In this document: piece after piece, positions 23,512-35,604 of the stretch | Position numbering within the stretch: position 1 is the stretch's first letter | Layout of the letters: each line of letters starts with the position of its first letter | From: Massalongia carnosa | Taxonomy: Eukaryota | Assembly: GCA_965645245.1 (NCBI GenBank) | Contig: OZ287069.1 | Location: 2,604,001-2,668,000, forward strand | DNA: 64,000 bases | Direction of reading: 5' to 3' | Made by a program: the position numbers and the translations under genes | Notes under the pieces: model-generated | The model's input: the letters and a program-made list of their open reading frames with translations, nothing else | Told to the model about the DNA's origin: nothing | The model's database searches: none

Positions 23512-25152
23512 GAGGTGCTTAGGGACAGTCCCCCCCCGACCGTCCCCCCCCCCCCCCTGTGTAAATCTTTGCTAGTAAACAGCCATTTCACAGCTCATCC
23601 AGGGTGCGTACAAGCTAGTATTGCAACTGCCAACAGCACATTAAACTCTTTTCGGTTTAAATCGTATGACGTGTTATTGCTACTAATAATTACCCTACTC
23701 GGTCTGATAAAGCATACCCTCACCCCCACCCTCACCCTCACTTACCATTTGCCCTTGCCCTTGTCCTAATCATTTGCCCTTCCTAAATCTCCCCTTCCAC
23801 TTATGCTATACCTCATATTATATATTTTACTACTCCTAATCGCGATGGAGTTCGATCCCACTTCTTTGGATGCACGGAAGCAACATGCCATTGCCCTTCT
23901 ACCCCCACCTCACCTCCTCCCTCCGCAAGAGAATGAGTTATTTTCGTCTTGGGAGGAGGCAAAGACTCGTCTTCAAGACCATGCCTTCACCCAAGGCTTC
24001 GCGTTGGTCACAGAAACTCACGATAAGAAAAACCATTTAATCGTATTAGACTGCACACGCCACCACAAAAGAGTTAGAAACACTAGAAAAGTAGAGGAGG
24101 AAGACCGGGTGCGAGCCAATACCAAAGTTTCGTTCAATGAGTGCCCTTATCGCCTCCGTCTCAAAAAAAACAAAGACAATGCATGGAGACTAATAGTCAC
24201 TAACTCCGAGCACAATCATGAGATGGCCACTGATCCCTTTGCATTCAGAGAACATCATAGTAGGGATCCTGATCGAACAGATGCCCTAGAGCAAGGGAAG
24301 AGTCTCCGTGCATCATCAACCCAATATGGCCAAGCAGCGAGAATATTAGGAATCCAAGGACTCCGTCTGTCGAGGAGCGATTATTATAATCTCGCTCATT
24401 CGGAGGGAGCTCACACGCCTGAAGAAGAGCTTCTTTTTGCCTTGGGCTCGTTGAAAGACAGGGGCTTTCATGTACGGTGTAAGGAAAAATATATTAAGAA
24501 TAATGTGCGTGAGAGACGGGTGATAGAACAATTTTTTTTTTGCAATGCAGAGCAAATTAGGCTGGCTCGACGTTTCGTGGGTGGGTTTTTATTAGAAACG
24601 GATGCAACGTTCAATACTAATAAATTGAACTTGCCTTTATCCGTTTTGGTTGGAATCACTAACACTGACCTTTCGTTTCCCGTCGCTTATTGCTATATAA
24701 CTTAATCCTACCTCAGGCAGCGCCTCCATCTCTTTATAGTCTTAGCCAAAACGTGCGCGCCAGTCAAATTCTCCCTACTTCCTCTGCAACAACGCGAAGG
24801 TCTCGGGGTGTGGCGAAGAAATCAAAGGCTCAGTTGGAGTTGAGATCTCAGCAAAGAGTCGAGAAATCAGTCAAACAGGCTAGGGCTCAAGCGAAAAAGG
24901 AAACGGCGATGAGAAAGGTGGCTAAAACCATGAAGCCTAGAAAAGATGATGTATCGCAATTGGCTGACGAGTTTTGGAGTTGAAGTCATCGCAATCGGTA
25001 GATTTGTAGGTGTTAATACACTTAGTCAACATTATTAATACGTAGTGTAACTGCTAGCTTGTACGCACCCTGGATGAGTAGCAAAATGACTGTTTACTAG
25101 TAAAGATTTACACAGGGGGGGACGGTTCGGGGGGACTGTCCCTAAGCATCTC
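23512..25152 (+). mobile_element. Internally deleted Mutator-like element (MULE) with ~95-bp TIRs
   Basis: TIRs GAGGTGCTTAGGGACAGTCCCC... and ...GGGGACTGTCCCTAAGCATCTC. ORF ~23845-24705 has FAR1-type AFTQGF...C..H...CPY...HNH and the start of the DDE domain (TDATFNTNKLNLPL), then jumps to a C-terminal fragment. Confidence 0.9.
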
Positions 25153-26162
25153 GATTTAAGTTGTTTGTCTCCTTCCAGGTGCGTACGATGTTTGATTTGC
25201 CTGGTCCATGACCGGAATCACCGTCTTCCAAAACGAACTTCTGACCTGATTGTAACCATGGAAGAACGACTGGGTCGAGAATTTGTTCAATGTAGGCTTT
25301 TTGACTCATTTTGCCATTGAAATTACCCGGCACCTGATAAAAATGAATATCTGATTTGAAATTGTGGCCTGCTGAGGCCCAACAATGATGACGTTTTTTA
25401 TCCCTTTCATCTGGTTCATTGGCCTCCTGAATACAGTCCTGACAGCATCTTTGACCGGGTTTGCGTATGATTCGAAGCTTGCCTTGGGGACCCCAGCCGT
25501 AATGAACTTCATCGCTGAATCGTACTTTATGCCAGTCTTCTGACTCAGGATATCTATTCAGCATGACTTGGGCCCATTCAACTCGATGAGCGGCTGTTTT
25601 ATTGTTTACCCAGCCTCTTCTACATGAGAGACACTTGTGATAATCCATCGTACCCATTGCGCGTTGAATTGTTCGACCACTGCAGTCGAGGCCTATTTCA
25701 TACCCCAATTGACTCCATGTAAGCCCATGACCTTCAATGCCTTCAGTCTCTAAAATTCGCTCCATTTCTCGTATTTGTTTAGGCGTGATTAAGGATTTGC
25801 GACCTCGAGTCTCTTCTGCATCGGAATTGTTTTCTAGTCGTCTGGCAGAGTCGTTGCGTAAGAAAGCATAGCCTTGTTCACGCGAAACGTCGAAAGTTCG
25901 AAAAACATCCTCTTTATAGTAAGAAATTCCCATTCTCTCGCAAAATTCGATAGCTCCTTGAACTTTGGCCTTAACAGGAGTAGTATAATACTTTTGTCGC
26001 TCACGAGAATCAAATATGGGAGTCCTAGATGGAGGCATATTGATGGAATAATTACTGTTGATTATGGGTGTGGAAGGGTTTTGGTGGAGTAAAAATTTTG
26101 ATTACCCCTACTACTAACGGACCACCCTATAAAACCAGGGTCTTATATGTCAATTAATACGG
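25153..26162 (-). mobile_element. Tc1/mariner element, 3'-truncated by the MULE
   Basis: ORF from 26038 has HTH region RGRKSLIT...TIQRAM, VRFSDE and FVLEDGDSGHG. The third catalytic residue is missing. The probable 5' end CCGTATTAATTGAC... is flanked by TA at 26163-26164. Confidence 0.87.
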
Positions 26163-26286
26163 TAGACTCGTACAGTTCATACAGATACTAAGCGCTACTC
26201 CATCCTATCATCGCAATCTCACCTCAATAATTTTCTAACAATGGTTTATCCCAACTGCTGACATTCCTGTCACGTGTCTCCTCTGA

Positions 26287-29200
26287 CTATTCATTCGCCT
26301 TTTCCTTAGCCTTTTCTTGTGCCTGATTCTTTATAACTTCCTCTACCTGATCTTCCACCTTCTCCCCGCTGGCTCCTTTGCTAACGTCATCCACATCCAA
26401 TGGCGACTCCGACTCATCATCTTCCTTGGGCCTCACCACCTCCACACACATTTCCGTGTCTTTACTGAAGACTCTCAGTCCCACCACACACACCGCGTTC
26501 CATGGATCGTTTGCAAATTCTGCGTATTCATCGTAATTCTCTGCTGCAGCTGGGACTGCAATATCGGCGGGGGAGATGACGGGGGAAGAAGGGAAATCAA
26601 GATCAGTATCGATGGAGGAGTTAAAAGAGGCATCGGAATCGTAGTCCGAGTCAAGAGCCGGTGGACCGGCTATGGATGGAGGTGCAGCAGTTGAAGGGGG
26701 CGCGGAATCGAAGGCCGGAGCAGAGCTGCCCTTAATTAGGACAGAAGGAATTGCTTGGAGGGCAGCGTGAAAATTTTGAGAAAGCTCGTGGGCGCTTGAT
26801 GTTTCGATCGGGGCTTCGCTAGTCGGGTCCTGGGTAGGCTCCAAGGAAATCGATTCAGCAGGAGGTGATGGTAGTGCTGCCGCTTCAGATTTGGGCTCTT
26901 GAGCTTCAGAGCTGGGCTCCTGAGCTTTAGTTTCAAGGGAGCTAGCGGGGGTTGGCTCTTGCTCCGCATTGCTGCTATCATTTGCAGCTGCAGTATCGGG
27001 TGCTGCATCATACTTTGGGGGGGCAGTACTTCCAGCTAGATTCTCTGGCGTCACATCAGATTCGGGGTGTGCGGCTCCTCCCGTAGCGGAGCCTTCTGGG
27101 ACGGCTGCGGCTTTTGCAGCATCAGTCCTTTTCCTATGCCGCTCTTCCTTCCTCCTCGCATGACGTTTCTCCCTCCCCTTTTGTTTTACATTGATCTGCC
27201 ACAGTTTAAAATTCTGCTCGCGGAACTCCTTGCGCCACTTGATTTTTTCAGCGGCTTTCTTCTTCTCTTCTCGCTCTTTGCGTAGCTGTTTCTCGCCCTC
27301 TGTTTCCTTGATTTGCCCTTTTGCATGTGCAAGGTCATAAGCTAGTCCTATTCGTATCAGCTTGTCCTGCTTATATCTGCAAGTTTTCTTGATGACCTGC
27401 TCCGGAGTGGATCTATCTGTCCATCGCTTGGCTGTAATCTTCATGAGGACCGAATAGGTGCCCGCATCCAATTCCAAATCTGTACTAACAGATCTGTTCA
27501 TCAGATAATTACCGTGGCTCCGCACGATGTAGTCAGAATCTCCGTCTTTGTGAAGCCTGAAGTGCAGTAAAAAAGAATATTGCCCTTGCAGTCCCCGGAA
27601 GTAGCGGTCATCAAGCTAATCAAGGTTAAACCCATGATTCAGCGTACCAGGGAATTCACTTACTTGGGATAGAACTATAACAATAGCGCTTTGCTTAGTG
27701 AGTGTTATGCTAAACTTAGTGTCACTATAGTCGGCCGACCAAGGTACGTCTATCGTCGTCCATTGCTGTGTAATATTCCATTCGTTTCCAAAAAGCCGAG
27801 TCCGATCAAAGCACTGATACTTGCGTAGAAGATCTTTGTACGAGATCCAGAATATCTGTCTATATTAGTTACCGGTCTAATGCTTCTCCAGGATAAACCT
27901 TACGCCGTCATCACCAAATTTATGATCCAAAAGCTGCATCCACTCCGGTGTCCATTGCTCAGAGCCGTCGCTCCAAGCACCGGTCCATTCACTTTTGCCC
28001 CATGGGTTTCTAAAGTAACGTCAGACTCTGGAGCGTCATCGAGAGAGATGAGCGAACGGACCTAACCAGCAGCAGCTTTTCTCCCTTTAATTCCCTAGCC
28101 TGCATAATAGAGTATGCATGCATGGGCTCGATACCTCTACGTTCGGTATCATCGTCGGTTCCTTGCCAATTATCAAAGATGCCAGTCCAACAGCTGAACA
28201 AGAACTCTTTGTTGACTTTTAAAAGTTCCTCAGTCCAGAACTTGTTCGTGTCGAGTATGTCGGAGGTGAAAAGTTCAGTAGTTACTCCACCAGTTAGATC
28301 CTCGATGGCCTCACTAGGAATTGTCAGCTGATAATCAAGCAAGACGACAGGTTTCGATAGGGGAGGGAAGGAGGGAAGGGGCGGACCCAGTAAATCCACC
28401 TTGAATAGAGTTAAAATCACCATGGGCTTTAGCATATGCTTTTTCAAGCAGAGGTAGCCATGTCTCGTTCTCGCTGCTGCATTGAGCAAAGAACAGGGCA
28501 CGCGAGCCGTTCTGGCATGATATTCGATATTCTTCCTCTGGATCTTGCATACTGACTTTTTGCCATATGCGTTTTTCATCATCGCTTTCGTCAAAATCAG
28601 CTGCAATGAGATATAGCTTGTCATCAATAATCGTTTGGATCCATTCCCCATCTAATCCAAGTCAGCCTCATTCGTTCCAACCACTTCAGATGCTTGTTGC
28701 TACCTCGATAGAACACAAAACCGTACACGCCTACTTGCTCTTCGCGATGCACGCAAACTTTGTCGATGAGATTTTTTTTGTTTCCCAGCGCACAGAGCGC
28801 AGACATAAACCAGCAATCGCCATTCCCTCCCTGGCGCACGTCGCTGGCGCTAGCACCTTCCTGGTAGAAAACTGGATCATTGAATATATACTAATGACTG
28901 TTAAATCCCCGAGAAGCTATGGGCCTGCAAGATATTCCAATTCATACCGAAATACGTTTGACCGACCGGGGAGCGAGAGCCCAGTCACTCGACACCAACC
29001 CATTCAAGCAGTCGCAGCGACCGTCCTTCAAATCCCATTCGATGTCAAAGTGTGGGTCCCTATACTTGAGGTTCACCCGTCGGCATTCGGCGGCAATCTT
29101 CTCGACGGCAGCGACGCATTCGGCCGATGCCTCCTCGTACGATTTTCCGGCTCCTTGACTGTGCACCGCACCCTTGGGATTTTTGGCAGCTTTTGCTCGG

Positions 29201-29361
29201 GCATAGGCGTCTTTAGGTAAGATCGTGTGCACCTTTCCCGGAAACGCGGTATTGAACTTGGTCCAGAACTCGTCCACGTTCGCTTGGGGTACGCGCTTCT
29301 TCGCCTTGTTTATGGGTTCAGGCGCTGTGGCCTTCGAGGGGGCTTCGGCACGACAGTCCAT
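26287..29361 (-). CDS. Calpain-like cysteine protease, copy B
   Basis: Same exon structure and intact Cys/His/Asn motifs as copy A. No stop or frameshift seen on manual comparison. Confidence 0.9.
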
Positions 29362-30663
29362 TGTTCGGATTGCTGCGATGTTCACGCAGCGTCAATTTGA
29401 TGACGGCTTTATATCACCCTCGCAGATGTATATTGATACAGCAAATGATTTGTACAATAGTAAGCCTGAATTGAGAAATAGCTGTAGCTGAAATACTTTG
29501 CGTGTTCTTGTGATAGCTAGTTAACCGTTTCAACGGGGGATCATGTACGACTTTATATAGAGTAAACACTCACTAGTAGATCTCTAGTGCTCTATCCATG
29601 AAGCTACGTCGCCGCACTTGGCCCACCACTAGGGGAGCTGTTCATGCGGCTCCGTCAATAGGACGCCTGAAAGCCTGAAAGCCTGAAAGCCTGAAAGGGC
29701 AAGAACAGGCTTTTGGTTGGATGACACCGGCGTCCTGCAAGTTCGTCAAAGCTCAGCCTCAGGCCCTAGCAAGACTTACTGCGCGACAATTTTGCAGGGT
29801 CATACCTATAAGTGAATTTATACCCCAAACGACTGCAAATAATTAGGCCATTTCTTAGATGCAAACATGAGAGGCAAAGCCAACTTCCTCCAATCAAAAG
29901 CTCACCGTGGACGTGGGATAGCCAAACTATTTAAAGCCTTTATTGTTTCTCGTCATTTTTCAACATAGAAGCCTGCTTTCATCTGGCAATCGATCGAGTA
30001 GGTAGAGTTTCAAAAACTACCCCCACCCAGACAGACAGCTACACATGCAGCCAAGCATCATGTCGGTACTTCATCTTCAAATCCCTATAGCCAGGAGGCG
30101 TATATGCCAACGTAATGTAAAAGCCTCATATCGACAACTTCCACGGCTTATCGGTAGTTTGCATACAACATTTTAGTTGATCCGCTATTCCGGTACCAAA
30201 AACTTGAGATAATGCGCAGCAAAAGCATCAGATGATATAAGAATGCGCTGCCGTGGGTGGCTCACGCTGGGGCATATCCGAGTTTCAACTGCACAATATT
30301 CTGCTCTCCTTATATGCATGTTAATTAATGCAGACTCTCCACCATATCTGTTTGGATTTCGGGACACCTCGGTTCACATTATGGTAGACTAGGTCGTTCC
30401 GTGCGTCTGGAAATAGTAGGTTGCTTGATGAAAGTTGAAGATGAATGCTTTCCTCTGAAAGCCCCAGATATCTGTATTAACCAACGAAATTGTAGAATTG
30501 AGTCATCATTCCACATCGCATCTGCATTGGTTCATGTGTCAGCTGATGGAACAGGCAAGCGCAAAACGAGTGCATTCAGAAAACGATTTATGCATTGCTG
30601 AGCAGTTAATGATCTATTGCGGTAAAGACTTAATGGAAAAGGAAAGAAGATGGACTTAGGAGA

Positions 30664-30939
30664 TGTTGAAATAGGTATATGACTATGGCTATATGGCTAT
30701 GTAATAATAAAGGTATGTATGACCGTGATTAAGGATGAAGAGTTGCTAGGCAGCAATATTTTCCTATTACTGGTCACCCCCTTCTAAGCGAGGTGATCTT
30801 ATCTTATCTTGGGATTAGTTAAGCCTAATGCGGCATCTACGGTTTCCGTAGATGATCTGTCCATCTAGGGCAGCCGTAGGTGCTATGTTCATCGTACTGA
30901 TAGGTGTTCATTGTGCTGGTAGGAATTGGATATTCAACA
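30664..30939. mobile_element. Solo LTR (276 bp) with 5-bp TSD
   Basis: TGTTGAA...TTCAACA termini, with GGAGA duplicated at 30659-30663 and 30940-30944. Empty site in the left arm at ~2407-2411. Confidence 0.9.
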
Positions 30940-31804
30940 GGAGAATTACACAAGTACGAAAAGCGCATGATAACTCATTATGATCCAAACATGTGACAAA
31001 ATTCTTTGAGCGCCCTAACTACTCTTAGAGACTTGGGAGGTTGCGAACCGGGTAAATGAGGAAGTGACAAAAACCGAAAGAAATGCAAGCGATAAGGGAA
31101 ATACTCTAATTGCGTGTCAAGTGAAGATGACCGACGATCGTTGGAGGTGATCTACACACATGATGCTCCGGAACGGTGTCGCAGCCTGACCAGAAACTCG
31201 GAAGGATCTTAAGAGGAAAATGTGATCGAGAATGCGCGTTGCAGACATGGGCACGCAGTTCAGTAATGAAATGACATAACTCTTCTTCAAAACTCCGCAC
31301 AAGGCAGAAGCATCAATGAAAAGATAGGCCTCGTAAGAGAATGCAAACAAAAATTGTGCCTGATGAGGGACCCGAAAGCCACTCAATGACTTCCGCCACC
31401 GCGTTGTGCAATGCAGAGCAGTGAATCATAGAAGACCGCCTTCTTGATCGCGGTCTCTCCGAAGGTAAGTATGAAGAAGAAGTAGAATTGATATTTTAAA
31501 GTATTCGGAATGCACTACCCTGGTGCAGCTGCACGCCGTATGGTCACCGTAGGGGTCAGGCTTTTTGCAAATAGTAGTAATTTAGCAACATACATTTAAT
31601 TCAATTATATTATGCCAGTTCAAAGGTGAGGTCGTGAAGTGAGTCCATCGTTGGCCAGAAAGGCAGCCACCCCGAATAGGCTTAGTTTAATACAATAAGG
31701 CTAAGTCACTAACATCAAAAAAATTTACCCCTTTTTTTCGCGCGTATCCGTGTTCGCTCAAATTTTTACCCACCACCTTTGAAAGTTCATAATCCACCAC
31801 CATC

Positions 31805-33563
31805 ATGCCTGAATCTTGTACTATAATTGACTATCGTATTTCAAAGGTAATTGACACCTTAAACTCGCGCAAGAACGCCAAACTAAGCGCAATTGCGCGA
31901 GAATTTAACGTGCCCAGAGAAAGACTTCGTTCTCGAGTCAAAGGAGTTCCAATCCAAAACGAAAGTACGAGGACTGCATAATCAACGTCTGAAACCCGAT
32001 CAGGACCTGGCCCTACGTCTATATCTTCTGAAACTGGACTCTTTTGGCATACCGGCCCGCTTGCACATGGTGAAAAGTACTGCAAACTCCATCCTTCGAC
32101 AAACTGCTCCCGATTCAGTGTCTCCTCCCCCTCTCGGCTTGCATTGGACCAAAAGATGGTTGAAACGTCATCCGGATCTTCACAAGGTTAAACGCAAGCC
32201 TCTAGCTGCTGATCGCAAAAATGCGCATGATTTGGAGTTGTTTAAGGCACATTTCGAAAAATATCAAGAAGTGGTGAACAAATATGGCATAATCTCGGAC
32301 GATCAGTGGAATTTTGATGAAACGGGTTATCGTATCAGCATGGCACGAAATGATTGGATAATTACTGCTAATAATTCTCGAAGATCATACAGTGCTGATC
32401 CATCGAATCGAGAATCGCTGACTGCGGTGGAGTGTATCAATGGTGCCGGGCAGGATATCCCCCCTTTTCTAATTGTGACTGGCGTTAACATACTCGCTCC
32501 CTGGGTAAAACATGACCTGAATGATGATGTTGTCATCTCTACGTCTGACTCGGGTTGTACCAATGATTGGTTGAGCTTGCAATGGATAAAACACTTTGAT
32601 AAACACATTGAAAAAATCCGGAAAGGGGCTGGGAGACTTTTGATTATGGACGGTTTTGGGTCACATCATACTCGTGAATTTATAGAGTATTGTGAAATCA
32701 AAAACATTGTTCCATTCGGATTACCTTCTCATACCACACATCTCTTGCAGCCATTAGATGTGTGTGTGTTTTTAGTCTCTGAAACACTGGCACTCCGAGG
32801 CCGTCAATGAGGCAATTCAGAGCGGAGACGAAACGTTCTCCAAAGTCGAATTTTTTGCTGCATTTAACTCGTTTCGATCGCGAGCGTTTAAATCATCAAC
32901 AATAAAGTCCGCCTGGAAAAAAACGGGCTTGATTCCATACAATCCGGAAATTGTTCTCGATAAAGTTCGAGAACTTCTTCCTCGTCCTCGTGAATCAACT
33001 CCAACTCCAACTCCGTCTCATATAGCACCTCAATCAGTACAAAAAACTCCTCGAACCGTGCGACAGTTGGCCGAGGTAGCCACAGAAATCATGATGCATC
33101 CGGCTTGCTCTGGTGATCTTGCACAAATGGTCAGAAATTTTTTGAAAGGAGCTGTGGCCGAAGTACGAAAAGGCGATCTTCTCGAACAACGCTGGGAACA
33201 GCAAACCGCGGCCAGACTGCTCGAAAAGCTCGTAAACGAGAGTCCAATAAGATTCTCCATCGCGGAGGTGTACTTACTGTTGGAGAGGCCCGTTCAATGG
33301 TTCGAGACAGGGAGGAGGTAGAGGAGGTAGAGGAGGAGAGAGAGGAAGAACGAGGGGTCGCATGGGAAAAGCGCTATTGTACGGCTCTCACCAAGGTGGG
33401 TAGACAGTCAAAAGCGCATAGAAAGATGCTCATGACTAGGCGAATGAATAGTCATAAAAGATGGATGGTGATCATGAAGGAATTGTTGAAAAAAACCCCG
33501 ATGTATGTAGAATAGTTGATTTTTGGTTGTATGGCTGGTCCTGGTTGTATGGCTGGCTAGCAC
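31805..33563 (+). mobile_element. Fot1/pogo-like DNA transposon, frameshifted, left TIR not found
   Basis: HTH AIAREFNVPRERLRSR, WNFDETGY, LIMDGFGSH, HLLQPLDV and PYNPEIVL. The right end has TGGTTGTATGGCTGG twice, then GCAC|TA. Confidence 0.88.
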
Positions 33564-33629
33564 TAAGCGAGGCCGACCGAGCGAAAGTGTGGGGCACGGA
33601 TATATGGGATGTTTCCCCGGTGTTGATTC

Positions 33630-34750
33630 TCAAGCGTCCAGCTCTCCAATGAAGTCTACAAGACGTAATTTTCTAGCATCCTGCGGATGAAACTGCGCCA
33701 CTTTCGCGCGGACCAAGAATCGTACAGCTGCTGTCTCCTGCGGAATCCTGACATAGGGATCTGAACCATCATCACCAGCAGCCGCATTTAGGAGATCTTC
33801 GCTTAACGTTCGGAAAGCTGCTCCAGCAGCACTCTTTTCAGTTCTCCGGTCTGCCTCGGCCTCATCGTCTTCGCCTGCTGGACCCCAAGTATCTTTAATC
33901 CGACGCTGACGTTCCGATTCGCTACTTGCAGTGTCTACCCTATACTTCTTAGCTTTCCCCTGCTGGTTAAAGCCTGCTTTCAAAGTTGCTTCGTCAACTT
34001 CAAGCATATCACCGACCACAGGTCCGCCTAGTTCTTCGACGGCCAGCATGCCAGCAAGGTGTTCTTCAGTGAATCTATTGAATACTCTCACAAGGTTTCT
34101 CAACTGCCTTACGTAGTGACGTTTCTGCGTCTGCTCATGAAGAATGAAGCCTTGGACTAACTCAGTTGGCGAAATTCGCGAATCGACCGCCTCCTCGGCC
34201 TGAAGTTTTTCAACCCGCTCTTTGAGCGCGTTGGAGAGTAGGTGTGCATCCTGTAAATATTTATTTTCTTGAAGAAGCAGAGCACGCGCTTCGGACAACT
34301 TTATTTTCGTGGTCAGGAGCGAGGCCTTTGTTTCATCAATCAAACTATGTGTGCTACGAAGTGCAAGTAGCGCGGGTAAGGGAGAGTCCGCCAATGGTAG
34401 GATTGGCTCAGCAATTGATAAAGACTTATAGGCCGCTGTGATGATTTTCAGTTGATGAATCCGGGATGAAGGGTCATGCGACGGTTCCTTGATGGTCGAG
34501 TTTGGGAAATTGGCTCGTAACTGTTTCTTTTGCTTAGTGAAAGATTGGCTCTAACATGCTCTTTGTGGGAATATACCTTCTCAAGTGCATCTTTATGCTG
34601 TTGGACTTGATTTTCTAAATGATAAAGAGTCTTATTTAAAAGGGTTTCATATGCCTTCTCTCCGTCCTTGGATGCAGCACCGTAGTCCGTTTCAGCGATT
34701 TTTTGGGCATACTCTTGCACTTTTGCTAGTACTTGGCTTTGGCTACCCAT
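33630..34750 (-). CDS. Probable inner-kinetochore CENP-K/Sim4-like protein, 2 exons
   Basis: Coiled-coil protein ending RFLVRAKVAQFHPQDARKLRLVDF, which resembles the CENP-K C-terminal motif. Intron ~34521-34576. Confidence 0.7.
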
Positions 34751-35604
34751 AGCATCAAGGTATTGAATATTATGGTGGTGACTATTTGCTCGAATGGACC
34801 TGCTAGATACTTTAGCGATTATACCTGATATACGTGGATGAAATGTGATAAGGCATAACATAATGCACTGTGAATCTATGAAATACTGAAATCTAAATTT
34901 TTGATTCATTTCCTTTATATCATTGGTCACTTACGTATTGAGTTAGCCATATTTGGTTTAGCTGAGTCTCAACAAGACCAAGTTCCTTCTTTTGCTCCTC
35001 AATTTTCTTCTCTCGGTCTCCCGTTCACAATCTCACTTCAAGACACCCCTTCTGTTGACTGCCTCGATCGACCACCTACCCACTTTCACTTCTAGTTGTT
35101 TGATGTTGTAAAAGCAGCATTCGCTCCGCTACTGTCCAGAGGTTTGAAAGAGCTGTGTCCATCACACAAAGGTTTGAGTCGAAAGGGATCTCGCAGGGCC
35201 CCCGTTGATTTAGGACTTTGTTAAATCCTCTGGCGTTTCCCTGACTCGATCACGATCTTAAGCAACTTACAGTTCACGTTGCACACTTCGCCCTGTACCA
35301 TTGCACAATACTACACCTCTATCTGCTGTAGCTAGCGGTCAGAGTCTCCTGTCATCGCCCATCCATCACCTCCGTCAATCACAGCACCATCCCGATCCTA
35401 CTCACAGCCTCGTCTTCTGCTGTCCAGTCCAAAACCTTCAGATCACCTCCCGTTCACTCCATCGATATTTTGCACCAGCACGTTTTCATTCGGAATCCCC
35501 TGGTGTACATAGTGGAACAAATTCAAGATTGTCAAACCACCAGAAATTCATTCACGTCCCTTAACCGAGCGATAACGTACAAGGTTCGTTAACCAGTAGG
35601 CATC

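Larger units (their letters stand above)
26163..31233 (-). repeat. Right arm of the large inverted segmental duplication
   Basis: Reverse complement of 2100-8326 minus the left-arm LTR insertions, plus its own solo LTR. Confidence 0.97.

Noticed and set aside
2100..31233. Giant transposon or Starship bounded by the inverted arms
   Set aside because: No tyrosine-recombinase captain and no TSD. The arms contain an ordinary intron-bearing host gene and end at unrelated transposons.
30945..31550. Possible gene remnant (MDLGELHKYEKRMITHYDPNM...)
   Set aside because: Multiple stops and no motif I recognise.
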